A stretch of 64,000 nucleotides of DNA, taken from the NCBI GenBank assembly GCA_019695215.1, contig JAIBAK010000009.1, forward strand, positions 13,389 to 77,388. The letters are read 5' to 3'. The translations under genes were made by a program, and so were the position numbers. This DNA is from Bacteroidia bacterium. GTDB lineage: Bacteria; Bacteroidota; Bacteroidia; UKL13-3. Numbering within the stretch: the first letter of the stretch is position 1; each line of letters starts with the position of its first letter. This document shows positions 10,240 through 19,318 of the stretch, piece after piece. Below the pieces are notes generated by a model. The model made no database searches, had not been told where the DNA came from, and saw nothing but the letters and a program-made list of their open reading frames with translations.

Positions 10240-11730
10240 ATGGATAAATACTTAGAGCTCATAGGCGACTTTTTTGATTCATTTATATTTTACTATGCCA
10301 TTTCATTGTGCTTCTCTTATTTTACCCTTGCTATTGTTTCGGCCTTTGAAATGCGGCACTACATGAAGAAAAACAGTTTTATTGACTATCGCACCATTCT
10401 CAGTTCACATTTGCAGCCATCTATTTCACTCATTGCACCTGCCTATAATGAAGGAGCCAATATTGTTGAAAATGTCCGGTCACTTTTATCCATTCACTAT
10501 GGCAACTACGAAGTAATTATTGTGAATGACGGAAGCAAAGATGACTCAATTGCCGTGTTAGTACAAAACTACGAACTTGAAAAGGTAGACTACGCTATAA
10601 ATGAACAATTGCACACTAAACCTGTTAGGGGGGTATATAAATCGAAAAACTCTGCCTTTAGCAAATTACTTGTGGTTGACAAGGAAAACGGAGGAAAAGC
10701 AGATGCATTAAACGTGGGTCTTAATATCTCACAGAGTGATTTGGTGGCATGTGTGGATGTAGACTGTGTGATAGAACAGGATGCACTTGTAAAAATGGTT
10801 AAGCCGTTTATTGAAGAAGAAACGAGGGTAATTGCAACTGGCGGTGTAGTGCGTATTGCCAATTCATGTGAAATAGAAAATGGCAAACTCATTAAAGTAA
10901 ACCTGCCTGACGAATTGCTGCCAAGAGTTCAGGTTATCGAATATATACGTGCTTTTTTGATGGGACGCATGGCCTGGAGTAAATTAAACGGCCTTTTACT
11001 TATCTCGGGCGCGTTTGGATTATTTGACCGCGATATTGCCATTAAAAGTGGCGGGTACAATCATAAAACAGTAGGCGAGGATATGGAACTGGTGGTGCGC
11101 ATGCGTATCTGGTGCCACGAAAATGATTTAAAATACAGAGTCGTTTATATTCCCGATCCGCTTTGCTGGACCGAAGCTCCCAATAATACCAAAATTTTGG
11201 GCCGCCAGCGAAACCGATGGGCCAGGGGCACTGCTGAAACATTGTGGTTTCACCGTAAAATTTTCCTCAATCCCAAATACGGAAAACTGGGAATTTTAAG
11301 TTACCCCTTCTGGCTGCTGTATGAGTGGCTTGCTCCGTTTATTGAATTTTTCGGAGTGTTGTTTTATATCATTCTTGCCATCCTTGGATTTTCTACCTGG
11401 CAATTCTTTTTCATGATCATCAGTTTGATTTACGCTTTTGCAGTGATGATGTCCATATCGGCAATTCTTTTTGAAGAAATGTCGTACCATCAGTATAAAA
11501 ATAAACGGGATATGTTCAGGATGATGGCAACTGCTTTAATAGAACCTATTTTCTATCACCCTATGACGGTAAAATGGTCGCTTGAAGGAAATATAGACCT
11601 GCTCACCGGTAAGAAAAACTGGGGTGAAATGACCAGGCAGGGATTGGGTAAAAAGAAAGCTAAAAAAGAAAAGACACAGGCCAAACCGGAAGAACCCGAT
11701 AAGGAAACACCGGCCCCGCCTTCTAGTTAA
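10240..11730 (+). CDS. processive family-2 glycosyltransferase (PgaC/IcaA/NfrB/BcsA-like polysaccharide synthase)
   Basis: N-terminal TM helices, then ISLIAPAYNEGANIVENVRSL, VIIVNDGSKDDS (DxD), VDVDCV, the TED-like acid GEDMEL, QRNRWARG (QxxRW) and C-terminal TM helices. The tail KKAKKEKTQAKPEEPDKETPAPPSS is low-complexity. Confidence 0.75.
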   Translation: MDKYLELIGDFFDSFIFYYAISLCFSYFTLAIVSAFEMRHYMKKNSFIDYRTILSSHLQPSISLIAPAYNEGANIVENVRSLLSIHYGNYEVIIVNDGSKDDSIAVLVQNYELEKVDYAINEQLHTKPVRGVYKSKNSAFSKLLVVDKENGGKADALNVGLNISQSDLVACVDVDCVIEQDALVKMVKPFIEEETRVIATGGVVRIANSCEIENGKLIKVNLPDELLPRVQVIEYIRAFLMGRMAWSKLNGLLLISGAFGLFDRDIAIKSGGYNHKTVGEDMELVVRMRIWCHENDLKYRVVYIPDPLCWTEAPNNTKILGRQRNRWARGTAETLWFHRKIFLNPKYGKLGILSYPFWLLYEWLAPFIEFFGVLFYIILAILGFSTWQFFFMIISLIYAFAVMMSISAILFEEMSYHQYKNKRDMFRMMATALIEPIFYHPMTVKWSLEGNIDLLTGKKNWGEMTRQGLGKKKAKKEKTQAKPEEPDKETPAPPSS

Positions 11731-12904
11731 AAACAGAAATCATTTCTTTACCCTGCCGTTTTCGGTGTTCGTTTATAGCCGTTCGGATAAGCGGAATATA
11801 ATATTCCCAAAAAAATCGTTTTCTGTTTTCAAGTTCAATCTGCGAATAAAACATGGAACGAAAATTACGAATGCCCCGCAACTTTGACGACATCATGCCT
11901 ATTTGATTGTCGCAAAAATCAGCTGAGAAATAATAATAATTGGAATCGCCCGAATGATGCTCGATAGATGCGATGAAAGTTTTAGGAATATGATAATAAT
12001 TCAAAATGGAATCGCCCGAACCATTTGTTTTCATATTGAAAACCGACATCACATTGTTGTTTGCCCTTGCATTCAGCGTTACTGCAAACCAAAAAGGATA
12101 TAAAATATTATCGGGAAGGTTATACGATTTCTGATACTTCTCATCGGTGTAAATAATCGGTATCGGAAAATTCATGTGCCTTTTCTCATCCAGTATAACA
12201 ATTTTATCGCTGGTGTGCACATATACCAGCCCCCCATCCTTAAAAGGATATTTACCTCCGTGTTGCTTGCGATACAGCCTCCAAACCCACGGAGGTAATT
12301 CTTTATTTTTTACGGTATCAAGTGATGAAAAATACCTTCCTACCCATCCGGTCCATTGTAATCCTAAAAGCTCTTCACATTTTTGCCGCAATGCATAAGA
12401 AGTAGGCAATGCATACAAACTAAATTCGGTAATAACAGTCTTTCTCTTTTCCACCATCTTTTTCAACAGCTCAAAATCGTTTCTGTGCAGTCCACCATAA
12501 ATTAATTCCGACCGTTCTTTGTCATTCCCCCTTTTGTACCATTCATTGTGATAAATACCATACGTATCGGTGTAATAGGCCATCTCATAATAGGATGCCA
12601 TACTATCTAATTCCGCATCCGTATAATCTGTCAAATCCTTTACATCAAACTGAAAATCTTCTAAAGGGAAAAAGCCCATATAATCTTTATCAATTTTGTA
12701 TAAATCCCCGTTAGGTTTGGTAATTTTCATGTGATCAAGAATCCAGTTGAACGATCGGTGCTCCAACCCTTCTTTAGTGAGCACGGTTTTATCAAGGATA
12801 AAAATTTTCATGGGATATTGGCTTTGAAACAACCAAATAACCCAGAGAATGAACGGGAATAGTAAAATTACCAGTAGAATAATCCGAACTGCTTTGCGTA
12901 CCAT
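11723..12904 (-). CDS. uncharacterised membrane-anchored protein (N-terminal TM, large Trp/Tyr-rich extracytoplasmic domain), convergent to the synthase
   Basis: 393-aa ORF. RIILLVILLFPFILWVIWLF is the TM anchor; no family recognised by eye. Its end overlaps the synthase stop by 8 nt. Confidence 0.4.
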   Translation of the reverse strand: MVRKAVRIILLVILLFPFILWVIWLFQSQYPMKIFILDKTVLTKEGLEHRSFNWILDHMKITKPNGDLYKIDKDYMGFFPLEDFQFDVKDLTDYTDAELDSMASYYEMAYYTDTYGIYHNEWYKRGNDKERSELIYGGLHRNDFELLKKMVEKRKTVITEFSLYALPTSYALRQKCEELLGLQWTGWVGRYFSSLDTVKNKELPPWVWRLYRKQHGGKYPFKDGGLVYVHTSDKIVILDEKRHMNFPIPIIYTDEKYQKSYNLPDNILYPFWFAVTLNARANNNVMSVFNMKTNGSGDSILNYYHIPKTFIASIEHHSGDSNYYYFSADFCDNQIGMMSSKLRGIRNFRSMFYSQIELENRKRFFWEYYIPLIRTAINEHRKRQGKEMISVFN

Positions 12905-12992
12905 GAATTACGAATATCATCAATATTGAGCAAACTTGTTGAAAAAACAAAAACATCAGCCGAAAATCATCAATTCAATCTAATTTTGCCGT

Positions 12993-13643
12993 ATGGAAAT
13001 GAGTAATGAACATATTGCGGCACTCCGTAAAGAATACCTGCTGAAAGAATTTGATGAAAGCCATTTAGTAGCCGACCCTTATAATCAGTTTAAGCTTTGG
13101 TTTAAAGAAGCCATTGAATCGGAAGTAAACGAACCCAATGCCATGATGCTGGCAACAGCTTCGGCAAACGGACAACCTCACGCCCGTATTGTACTGCTTA
13201 AAGGCTTTGATCACGAAGGACCCGTTTTTTTCACCAACTATCAAAGCGATAAGGGAGAACAGATAAAGGAAAATAATAAAGTAGCCCTTACTTTTTTCTG
13301 GCCCGAACTCGAGCGGCAGGTTCGTATTGAAGGAACCGCAGCGCTAATTCACCCCGAGCAATCGGATGAGTATTTTTACAGTCGCCCTATTGGCAGTCAG
13401 ATTGGTGCGCATGTGTCGCCCCAGAGTAAAGTAATTGTGAACAGGATGTTTTTAGAAGACCGCGTGAGGGAGTTTGAAAAAATATTTTCCGAACAACCTT
13501 TACTAAGGCCTGAACATTGGGGAGGTTATGTGGTAAAACCTCATTTATTTGAATTTTGGCAGGGACGCAGCAGCCGACTTCACGATCGTTTTTTATTTAC
13601 ACGTAAAGGTAAAGGATGGCAAATAGAACGACTTGCTCCCTAA
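12993..13643 (+). CDS. pdxH: pyridoxamine 5'-phosphate oxidase
   Basis: PHARIVLLKGFDHEGPVFFTNYQSDKG ... LERQVRIEG ... FWQGRSSRLHDRFLF, the canonical PdxH. Confidence 0.9.
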   Translation: MEMSNEHIAALRKEYLLKEFDESHLVADPYNQFKLWFKEAIESEVNEPNAMMLATASANGQPHARIVLLKGFDHEGPVFFTNYQSDKGEQIKENNKVALTFFWPELERQVRIEGTAALIHPEQSDEYFYSRPIGSQIGAHVSPQSKVIVNRMFLEDRVREFEKIFSEQPLLRPEHWGGYVVKPHLFEFWQGRSSRLHDRFLFTRKGKGWQIERLAP

Positions 13644-14764
13644 TTTTTTACCGGTGCAGGCATTCCCTGTTTATTGATAAAGAAAACATGATTCAGGTAT
13701 TGCACCTGTGCCAATCCAAAGCTAAAGGGCGAAACCCCGTCAAACTCGGGCTGAATAACCACCTTTCCTTTTTTATTCATAAAACCCCATCGGCCATGTT
13801 TACGTATAGCTGCCATTCCGTTTGAAAAACCCTGAGCTTCATCAAGAGTGAGCGGTACAAAAATGGCTCCTTTGCTATCTATAAATCCCCATTTTTTATT
13901 AATCATTACCGCTGCATACCCTTCGGAAAATGATTCGGCATAATCATACTCGGGTTTTATGATTACCTTTTGCTTAAGATTAATATATCCTATTTTATCT
14001 TTCATACGCACCGCAATTAATCCCTCGGCATAATCGGAGGCAAAAGTATATTTGGGTTTAATAAGTACTTTCCCTTTTGTATTCACAAAACCGGCCAATC
14101 CGCCTAAATCAATGCGGGCAACTCCGCCTGAAAACGGATAAATATAATCATACACAGCTGGCAGCAAAAATTTACCATGCGCATCTATCAGCCCGTATTT
14201 GTTTTTCATTTTTACACGCGCCACGCTATCCGCAAAATCTCCCGCATCAAAAAACTGACAGGGAATAACCAACGTACCGGTTTTATCCATATACCCGAAT
14301 TTAAAAACCAACATAGCGGTGCGTCCTTTAATTTTTACATCTTCCTGCACACTCACCACCGCTAGCCCGTTGTGAAACAATTGTGCATCATAAAAATCTA
14401 GAGGAACGTCAAGCACTTTAGCCCCTGTTTTGTCAATATAGTAGCGTTCGTTTTGGTCTCCGTGAATACGTGCCCATCCCTCCGAAAAAGCGGAGGCACT
14501 TTGGCAGGTAAGCGGCCCTATCACCACTTTACCTGCAGGGTCGATATAAAACTTCTTTCCCTCCCGCTCAACTAAAGCAAGGCCTTCGCTAAACTCATCG
14601 GCATATGAGTAAATGGTATCAATTGCCAAATGGCCTGTTTCATTCAGGTAGCCGTATTTTTTATTCCATTCAAAAGGAGTAAGGTTATTTCCCTGTGCCA
14701 TTAACCGCCCTGATAGGATGAGCAATGTTGATGTAACAAGAATGTACTTTTTGATATATCTCAA
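13640..14764 (-). CDS. WG-repeat (KWG) containing secreted protein
   Basis: Repeated WGFIDSKG / KYGLIDAHGKFLLP / IGYINLKQKVIIKPEYDY units. The longest ORF runs to 14845, but a TTG at 14764 gives a clean signal peptide (M)RYIKKYILVTSTLLILSGRLMAQ. The start is uncertain. Confidence 0.55.
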   Translation of the reverse strand: MRYIKKYILVTSTLLILSGRLMAQGNNLTPFEWNKKYGYLNETGHLAIDTIYSYADEFSEGLALVEREGKKFYIDPAGKVVIGPLTCQSASAFSEGWARIHGDQNERYYIDKTGAKVLDVPLDFYDAQLFHNGLAVVSVQEDVKIKGRTAMLVFKFGYMDKTGTLVIPCQFFDAGDFADSVARVKMKNKYGLIDAHGKFLLPAVYDYIYPFSGGVARIDLGGLAGFVNTKGKVLIKPKYTFASDYAEGLIAVRMKDKIGYINLKQKVIIKPEYDYAESFSEGYAAVMINKKWGFIDSKGAIFVPLTLDEAQGFSNGMAAIRKHGRWGFMNKKGKVVIQPEFDGVSPFSFGLAQVQYLNHVFFINKQGMPAPVKN

Positions 14765-14909
14765 AATAATGTAGTTAATATAGTAAGCAATAAACAAAAA
14801 TAACCTGTGCCGGCCATTTAATCCAAGGCACATTATCAACATCAACCGAAAACTGTTTGCTTTTATACCCTACCTTCGCCACAGGCATGATAGCCCTCTT
14901 TAATTCGGG

Positions 14910-15671
14910 TTAGGCATGAGGGGAGGTTGCGCGCAAAGGCAACCGTTTTTTTCGGAAAATGAATTCGAGCAAAACCCGTGAAGGTTTGGGTGTGCGCATG
15001 CGTTTTAACCCAAATTTTTCAATAGAATGTGCCGCAATATGCTGCACAGCCTCCTCTACCGAATCGGTGTACCGCACCAGGTTCAGGTCATTGGCATCAA
15101 TGGTTCCCTCGGCTACCATGGTATCGAGCATTTCCATCAGTTTTTTCCAGTAGTCTTTGCCAAACAATACCACCGGAAAATTTTCTACTTTATGCGTTTG
15201 AATCAGGGTGAGCGCCTCAAACATTTCATCCAGTGTGCCCATACCTCCGGGCATAATAACAAACCCATAGCTGTATTTAAACATCATAAACTTACGGATA
15301 AAAAAGTAATGAAAGGTTACCTCCTTATCTACATAGGGATTGGGCTTTTGTTCAAAAGGCAAAACGATATTGCAGCCCACCGAGCGGCCACCCGATTCAA
15401 AGGCTCCGCGATTGGCTGCTTCCATAATACCGGGGCCGCCACCGGTCATTACCGTAAACCCCAGTTTGGCCAACTGTTTTCCCATCTCACGGGCCTGCCC
15501 ATATTGCGGGTGATCTTCTTTAAAACGAGCCGAACCGAACACGGTGATGCACGGACCCACAAAATGCAATATTCTAAACCCTCTGATGGTTTCGGATAAA
15601 AAGCGGAACGTAAATTTTAACTCCTGCCATCGGGAGCGGGGACCCTCCAGGTAATAACTCTTTTTTGCCAT
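14910..15671 (-). CDS. LOG family / TIGR00730 Rossmann-fold nucleotide-binding protein
   Basis: VFGSARFKEDHPQYGQAREMGKQLAKLGFTVMTGGGPGIMEAANRGAFESGG and PGGMGTLDEMFEALTLIQT. The likely start MAKKSYY at 15671 is internal to the 296-aa ORF-track entry. Confidence 0.8.
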   Translation of the reverse strand: MAKKSYYLEGPRSRWQELKFTFRFLSETIRGFRILHFVGPCITVFGSARFKEDHPQYGQAREMGKQLAKLGFTVMTGGGPGIMEAANRGAFESGGRSVGCNIVLPFEQKPNPYVDKEVTFHYFFIRKFMMFKYSYGFVIMPGGMGTLDEMFEALTLIQTHKVENFPVVLFGKDYWKKLMEMLDTMVAEGTIDANDLNLVRYTDSVEEAVQHIAAHSIEKFGLKRMRTPKPSRVLLEFIFRKKRLPLRATSPHA

Positions 15672-15909
15672 GTACAAATAGAACGAAAAAAAACGTGACT
15701 TGAATATTACGCAAAGAAGAAATTTAGGATTCAATCCGACCGAACGGTTCAATGATTTTGAACCTACCGAAAACCATCCCCCTACCCCCTTTGCTTGCAC
15801 TCAACCCCACGCTGCAAGGGGGACTTAGAACATTTTTAGCACAAGACAATATGTTGGAGTGGAGAGTAAATCCTTAGCCGCAGGAAAAGGGTAGTTTAAT
15901 GGTAAAAAA

Positions 15910-16782
15910 TTAACCAAGAGAATCAATTAGTTCGGACGGAGTAATTGACAATATTTCCTTTTCTTTTATAAAAATATAATTCACAAGAAAAATAAAATTA
16001 TTAAGACTTAGAGGCAAAAGAAAATTACTTTCAAATATTTTTGTTAGCAATTCAATCCTGTCCACTTTAAAAAAATCTCTAATAAAGTCCTCCGTTAATA
16101 ATATTTCTAACTTCTCAGAAATGTCATAATCAGAAATACGGATTCTAAACTTTGTTCGAACCATTGGAATAAACTCCTTTGCTTTGTAGTGCCTAAAGCT
16201 TAACTGTTCAAAAAGTCTAAGGATTGCATACTCACTTGTCTCTAAGGAGGCTAATATCCCATTAAAACTCCTTTCCAATTCGCTATGATCCTGCCAATCT
16301 TTCTTACATTTATATCTTAAGTCATGATCTACTTCATGCCACCCTTCAGATAATACAGTTCTAAGTTGAATTTCAAAAGTGTCATCAACCATTTTACTTT
16401 TGATGATTTCCTTAAACTCCTTGTTAAAAGTAGTAGGAAGTTTAAATACTAAATTCAATTTGGTGGGAGCAAATTTAGTTGCCTCATTTTTGTCAATGGT
16501 TTCCTCAACAAATGGGAAAAACCCTTTGAGCCTGTTATAAACGATTGGAACATCATCAGAAAAATATAATATAACCCTTATTCCAATTGCATCTCTTATT
16601 AACTTCGTTTCCCCATCATAATAGTTTTTTCCCTTGGAAATTATTTTTGTATTCAAAGACTGATCTGTTTTTACTCGACTAAATATCCTAAAAATTAATC
16701 CGGCTCGAGAAATTTCATCTTCAATTAGTGTCGAAACATTTTTTGTAATTCTGTCGAGGTCTCTAGGTTGATACTTAATCAT
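15910..16782 (-). CDS. RelA/SpoT-domain (small alarmone synthetase / toxSAS-like) nucleotidyltransferase, second gene of the AT-rich island
   Basis: RIFSRVKTDQSLNTKIISKGK ... LIRDAIGIRVILYF and TFEIQLRTVLSEGWHEVDHDLRYK match the RSH synthetase fold motifs (R-x-K...GxR, E-x-Q-x-RT...W-x-E-x-x-H...YK). Its start overlaps the upstream gene in an ATGA overlap. Confidence 0.6.
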   Translation of the reverse strand: MIKYQPRDLDRITKNVSTLIEDEISRAGLIFRIFSRVKTDQSLNTKIISKGKNYYDGETKLIRDAIGIRVILYFSDDVPIVYNRLKGFFPFVEETIDKNEATKFAPTKLNLVFKLPTTFNKEFKEIIKSKMVDDTFEIQLRTVLSEGWHEVDHDLRYKCKKDWQDHSELERSFNGILASLETSEYAILRLFEQLSFRHYKAKEFIPMVRTKFRIRISDYDISEKLEILLTEDFIRDFFKVDRIELLTKIFESNFLLPLSLNNFIFLVNYIFIKEKEILSITPSELIDSLG

Positions 16783-18908
16783 AATTGTAATTCATCTCTT
16801 ATCTCCTGAATTTTATTGATATTAAAATTAATTTGCGACCCCCGAATCTGAATATAACCCTGATATTCCAGTTGATTAAGGGATTGCATAACAAGTTTCC
16901 TATTAATTGTATTCAATTTATGTAATAACTTAAGAATATGTTGAGACTTAGTGGAAGAAATTGACCATAATTCCTTAATAATAACTTCCTCAACCTCATC
17001 AAATAAATGATTATCTTGTTTAGAATGATAATCGTAATGTTCCAAAATTTCACATTCCTTTAATTTACTTTTTATGCTTGATATCTCTTTGGTAGAATCA
17101 AGATAAATTGAATTTTCGACTTTACAAGCATCAAAGGTACAATCAACGAAACTAACTCCATTAAATACAATAGGGTCAAAAATACAAGCTTTAAAATAAC
17201 AGTTTAGAAAAACAGAATTAGAAATACTATGTTTCAAAAAAGGAATATTAAAAAAAGTGGTGTCATAAACCGACAATTCATAATAATCTCTCTCCAGTTC
17301 CTCTCTAAGGATAATGTCATAATTAAAAATTGAAATAGGCTGGAGCTTATGAGTTACGCTATTAACTTTCTCCCATAGGCTTTGTTTATTTCTTTTATTT
17401 TGCACCTTGTATGCGGTACAAGCAAGGTCAAGCATATAATATGAATAATCCTTCTCGATCTTTTCAACAGGTGACTCACAGATTATTTCACCAATTAATA
17501 TTCCCAATACGAAATCATTGATAAATCCAATTTGACTTTCATCTCTCCCTTTCCTATCTAATAATGCGTGTGTGGCTAGTGTATCAACTAAATTCTCAAG
17601 AGTAGGTTTTTCGGCACCTGAGTATAAGGTCCTAGTGTATTCTAAAAGTTTACTATTTTGGTCTTTAATAATCTCCTTAAAAAACTCCTTAGATTCCACG
17701 GTTATATCAAATTCTAATAAAAGTTTTGCTACATTCTTAAAGATTTCGTACTGTTTCTCTTTTGTAATAATTAAGTTCTGGCGTTCCTTCTCTCTCTCAA
17801 GCATTCTATCAAAATACTGTTTAACTAATAAATCAGGACTAATGATCTGGCTCAAAAAATCTTCTCTTGAAATATTTTTTAGGTAAGTTAATAAAACTGG
17901 ATTAGCAATATATTGAATAGGAATATTTCTATCCTTGATTTGGTTAAACCTAGTAGTCCCAACCCAATCCTTAATCCTAGGCTCCTTTAAAGTTAACCTT
18001 GTAACATTGAACTTAGTATTCCATTTTGCAAGCCATTTATCAAACTCTAGTCCACTAAAAATTGCCGTCTTCCGTGTTGTGAGAATAATCTTTGCATTTT
18101 TTTCAAGGAGGTTTCCAATAGTATCAAGCATTGTTTCAATTTCGTCAAATGATTTTGACACATCACTATCTGAAATATTGACCTTTTCAAGAAGCTCATC
18201 AAAGCCATCAATTATTAGGGGGATTCTCCCATTTTTTATCTCGTGAATTACTAGCTCAGAATTAAGAGTTGGAAATTCTAAATCTATTTCATCTAAAAGA
18301 ATGTATCTAAATATTTTGGCTCCTCTATTCTTTGACAATTCAGTAAAAAGGGGGGAAACCAATTCACTTTTATTGTCAGTTAAAGTATTCAGTATCTCAT
18401 ATGCTGCACATGTTTTTCCGTAACCCGCTGCGGCTTCAATAATCAATAACTGGGGTGACCTCGTTGAGATAATTCCTTTTATCTTCTCTAACAATCCTAG
18501 ATTATTATTATTATTATCAAACTGCTCGTATACTTCAAAAGGACTTTCAATGTACTCGTACTTATTTCCGAGCAGTGCCTTTGTTTGTTTATTAACGAAA
18601 TCGTTGTATTTCTTCTTCAGTCGAAGAATAGTAAGGTCATAAGAAAAGAAACTCTTAAACAATTCGCGTTCTACATCTCTAATATCTTTAAAGCATTTAA
18701 CATAAGAAGCATAACCAAGTGCTGAATACCTAAGTTTTATTTTTTCTGCTCTTCCCTTAGTTTCTTCGTCTGAGACTAGTGGAACTATATCTACCCCAAA
18801 ATATCTACTTTTTTTAAACAAAAAACTTGCGATATTTTCTTCTTCATGCTTTACTTCAAATCCATATGTTTTGTAGGTAACTTCTAACTGTTTTAAATCT
18901 ATCTTCAT
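16779..18908 (-). CDS. NACHT-type STAND NTPase (bacterial NLR-like), first gene of the AT-rich island
   Basis: Walker A IIEAAAGYGKTCAA and Walker B LIIDGFDEL (the hhhhDGhDE NACHT signature), followed by ILTTRK. An unrecognised N-terminal domain of about 150 aa ends in an NNNNN tract. The C-terminus has Cys/Phe-rich pentapeptide-like repeats (NCYFKACIFDPIVFNGVSFVDCTFDACKV). Confidence 0.6.
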   Translation of the reverse strand: MKIDLKQLEVTYKTYGFEVKHEEENIASFLFKKSRYFGVDIVPLVSDEETKGRAEKIKLRYSALGYASYVKCFKDIRDVERELFKSFFSYDLTILRLKKKYNDFVNKQTKALLGNKYEYIESPFEVYEQFDNNNNNLGLLEKIKGIISTRSPQLLIIEAAAGYGKTCAAYEILNTLTDNKSELVSPLFTELSKNRGAKIFRYILLDEIDLEFPTLNSELVIHEIKNGRIPLIIDGFDELLEKVNISDSDVSKSFDEIETMLDTIGNLLEKNAKIILTTRKTAIFSGLEFDKWLAKWNTKFNVTRLTLKEPRIKDWVGTTRFNQIKDRNIPIQYIANPVLLTYLKNISREDFLSQIISPDLLVKQYFDRMLEREKERQNLIITKEKQYEIFKNVAKLLLEFDITVESKEFFKEIIKDQNSKLLEYTRTLYSGAEKPTLENLVDTLATHALLDRKGRDESQIGFINDFVLGILIGEIICESPVEKIEKDYSYYMLDLACTAYKVQNKRNKQSLWEKVNSVTHKLQPISIFNYDIILREELERDYYELSVYDTTFFNIPFLKHSISNSVFLNCYFKACIFDPIVFNGVSFVDCTFDACKVENSIYLDSTKEISSIKSKLKECEILEHYDYHSKQDNHLFDEVEEVIIKELWSISSTKSQHILKLLHKLNTINRKLVMQSLNQLEYQGYIQIRGSQINFNINKIQEIRDELQL

Positions 18909-19257
18909 AGCGTTTTAGACATCTAAACTATTATTGCTTTTTTCAATCAAACAAACGAAATATTAATCGAAATATTTAACAAAACTATTCACCCCAACTT
19001 TTTATAGCCGAATATGATAATCAAACCTCTTTAGGTTCTCAAATCTGAAATTATCTAATTTAAACACTTAAATTACTGCTCTAATGAATGCTTCATTGTC
19101 AAATATATGAATATCATTCAAAAAGTGCAAGAATATAACAGGTTATGAATCCAATAACCTTATTTTAGTAAGCCATTAAATTATGCCCAATGAAGTACAA
19201 TAAAACAAAATTTAATTCTATTAGAGTGGCAATCCACTTACTTAATAAAATTTAACT

Positions 19258-19298
19258 TTTAAAAATAAAAAAGCGCATCTTTTCTGAAGATGCGCTTT
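19258..19298 (-). terminator. rho-independent terminator downstream of hppD
   Basis: On the minus-strand RNA the stem AAGCGCAUCUU, loop CAGA, stem AAGAUGCGCUU are followed by UUUUUUAUUUUU (hairpin 19271-19298, A-run 19258-19270 on the + strand). Confidence 0.5.
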
Positions 19299-19318
19299 GG
19301 TGGTTATAGGCACAGAGG

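Noticed and set aside
13640-14845. Full 401-aa reading of the WG-repeat ORF
   Set aside because: The first 27 codons (MMLIMCLGLNGRHRLF...) do not form a signal peptide, whereas the internal TTG at 14764 yields a textbook one. The longer form was kept only as an alternative.
15027-15599. 190-aa plus-strand ORF
   Set aside because: It is fully antisense to the LOG/TIGR00730 gene, whose motifs are unambiguous. Its translation has no recognisable features.
15781-15830. C-rich tract CCCCCTACCCCCTTTGCTTGCACTCAACCCCACGCTGCAAGGGGGA near the island border
   Set aside because: I considered a tRNA fragment or integration att site, but no T-arm or anticodon-arm structure or tRNA 3' end could be recognised. 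It is left as border sequence.
17572-18246. Two plus-strand ORFs (104 and 103 aa) inside the island
   Set aside because: They are antisense to the NACHT gene. The AT-rich sequence gives long stop-free antisense frames by chance, and the translations are Ser/Leu/Phe-rich.
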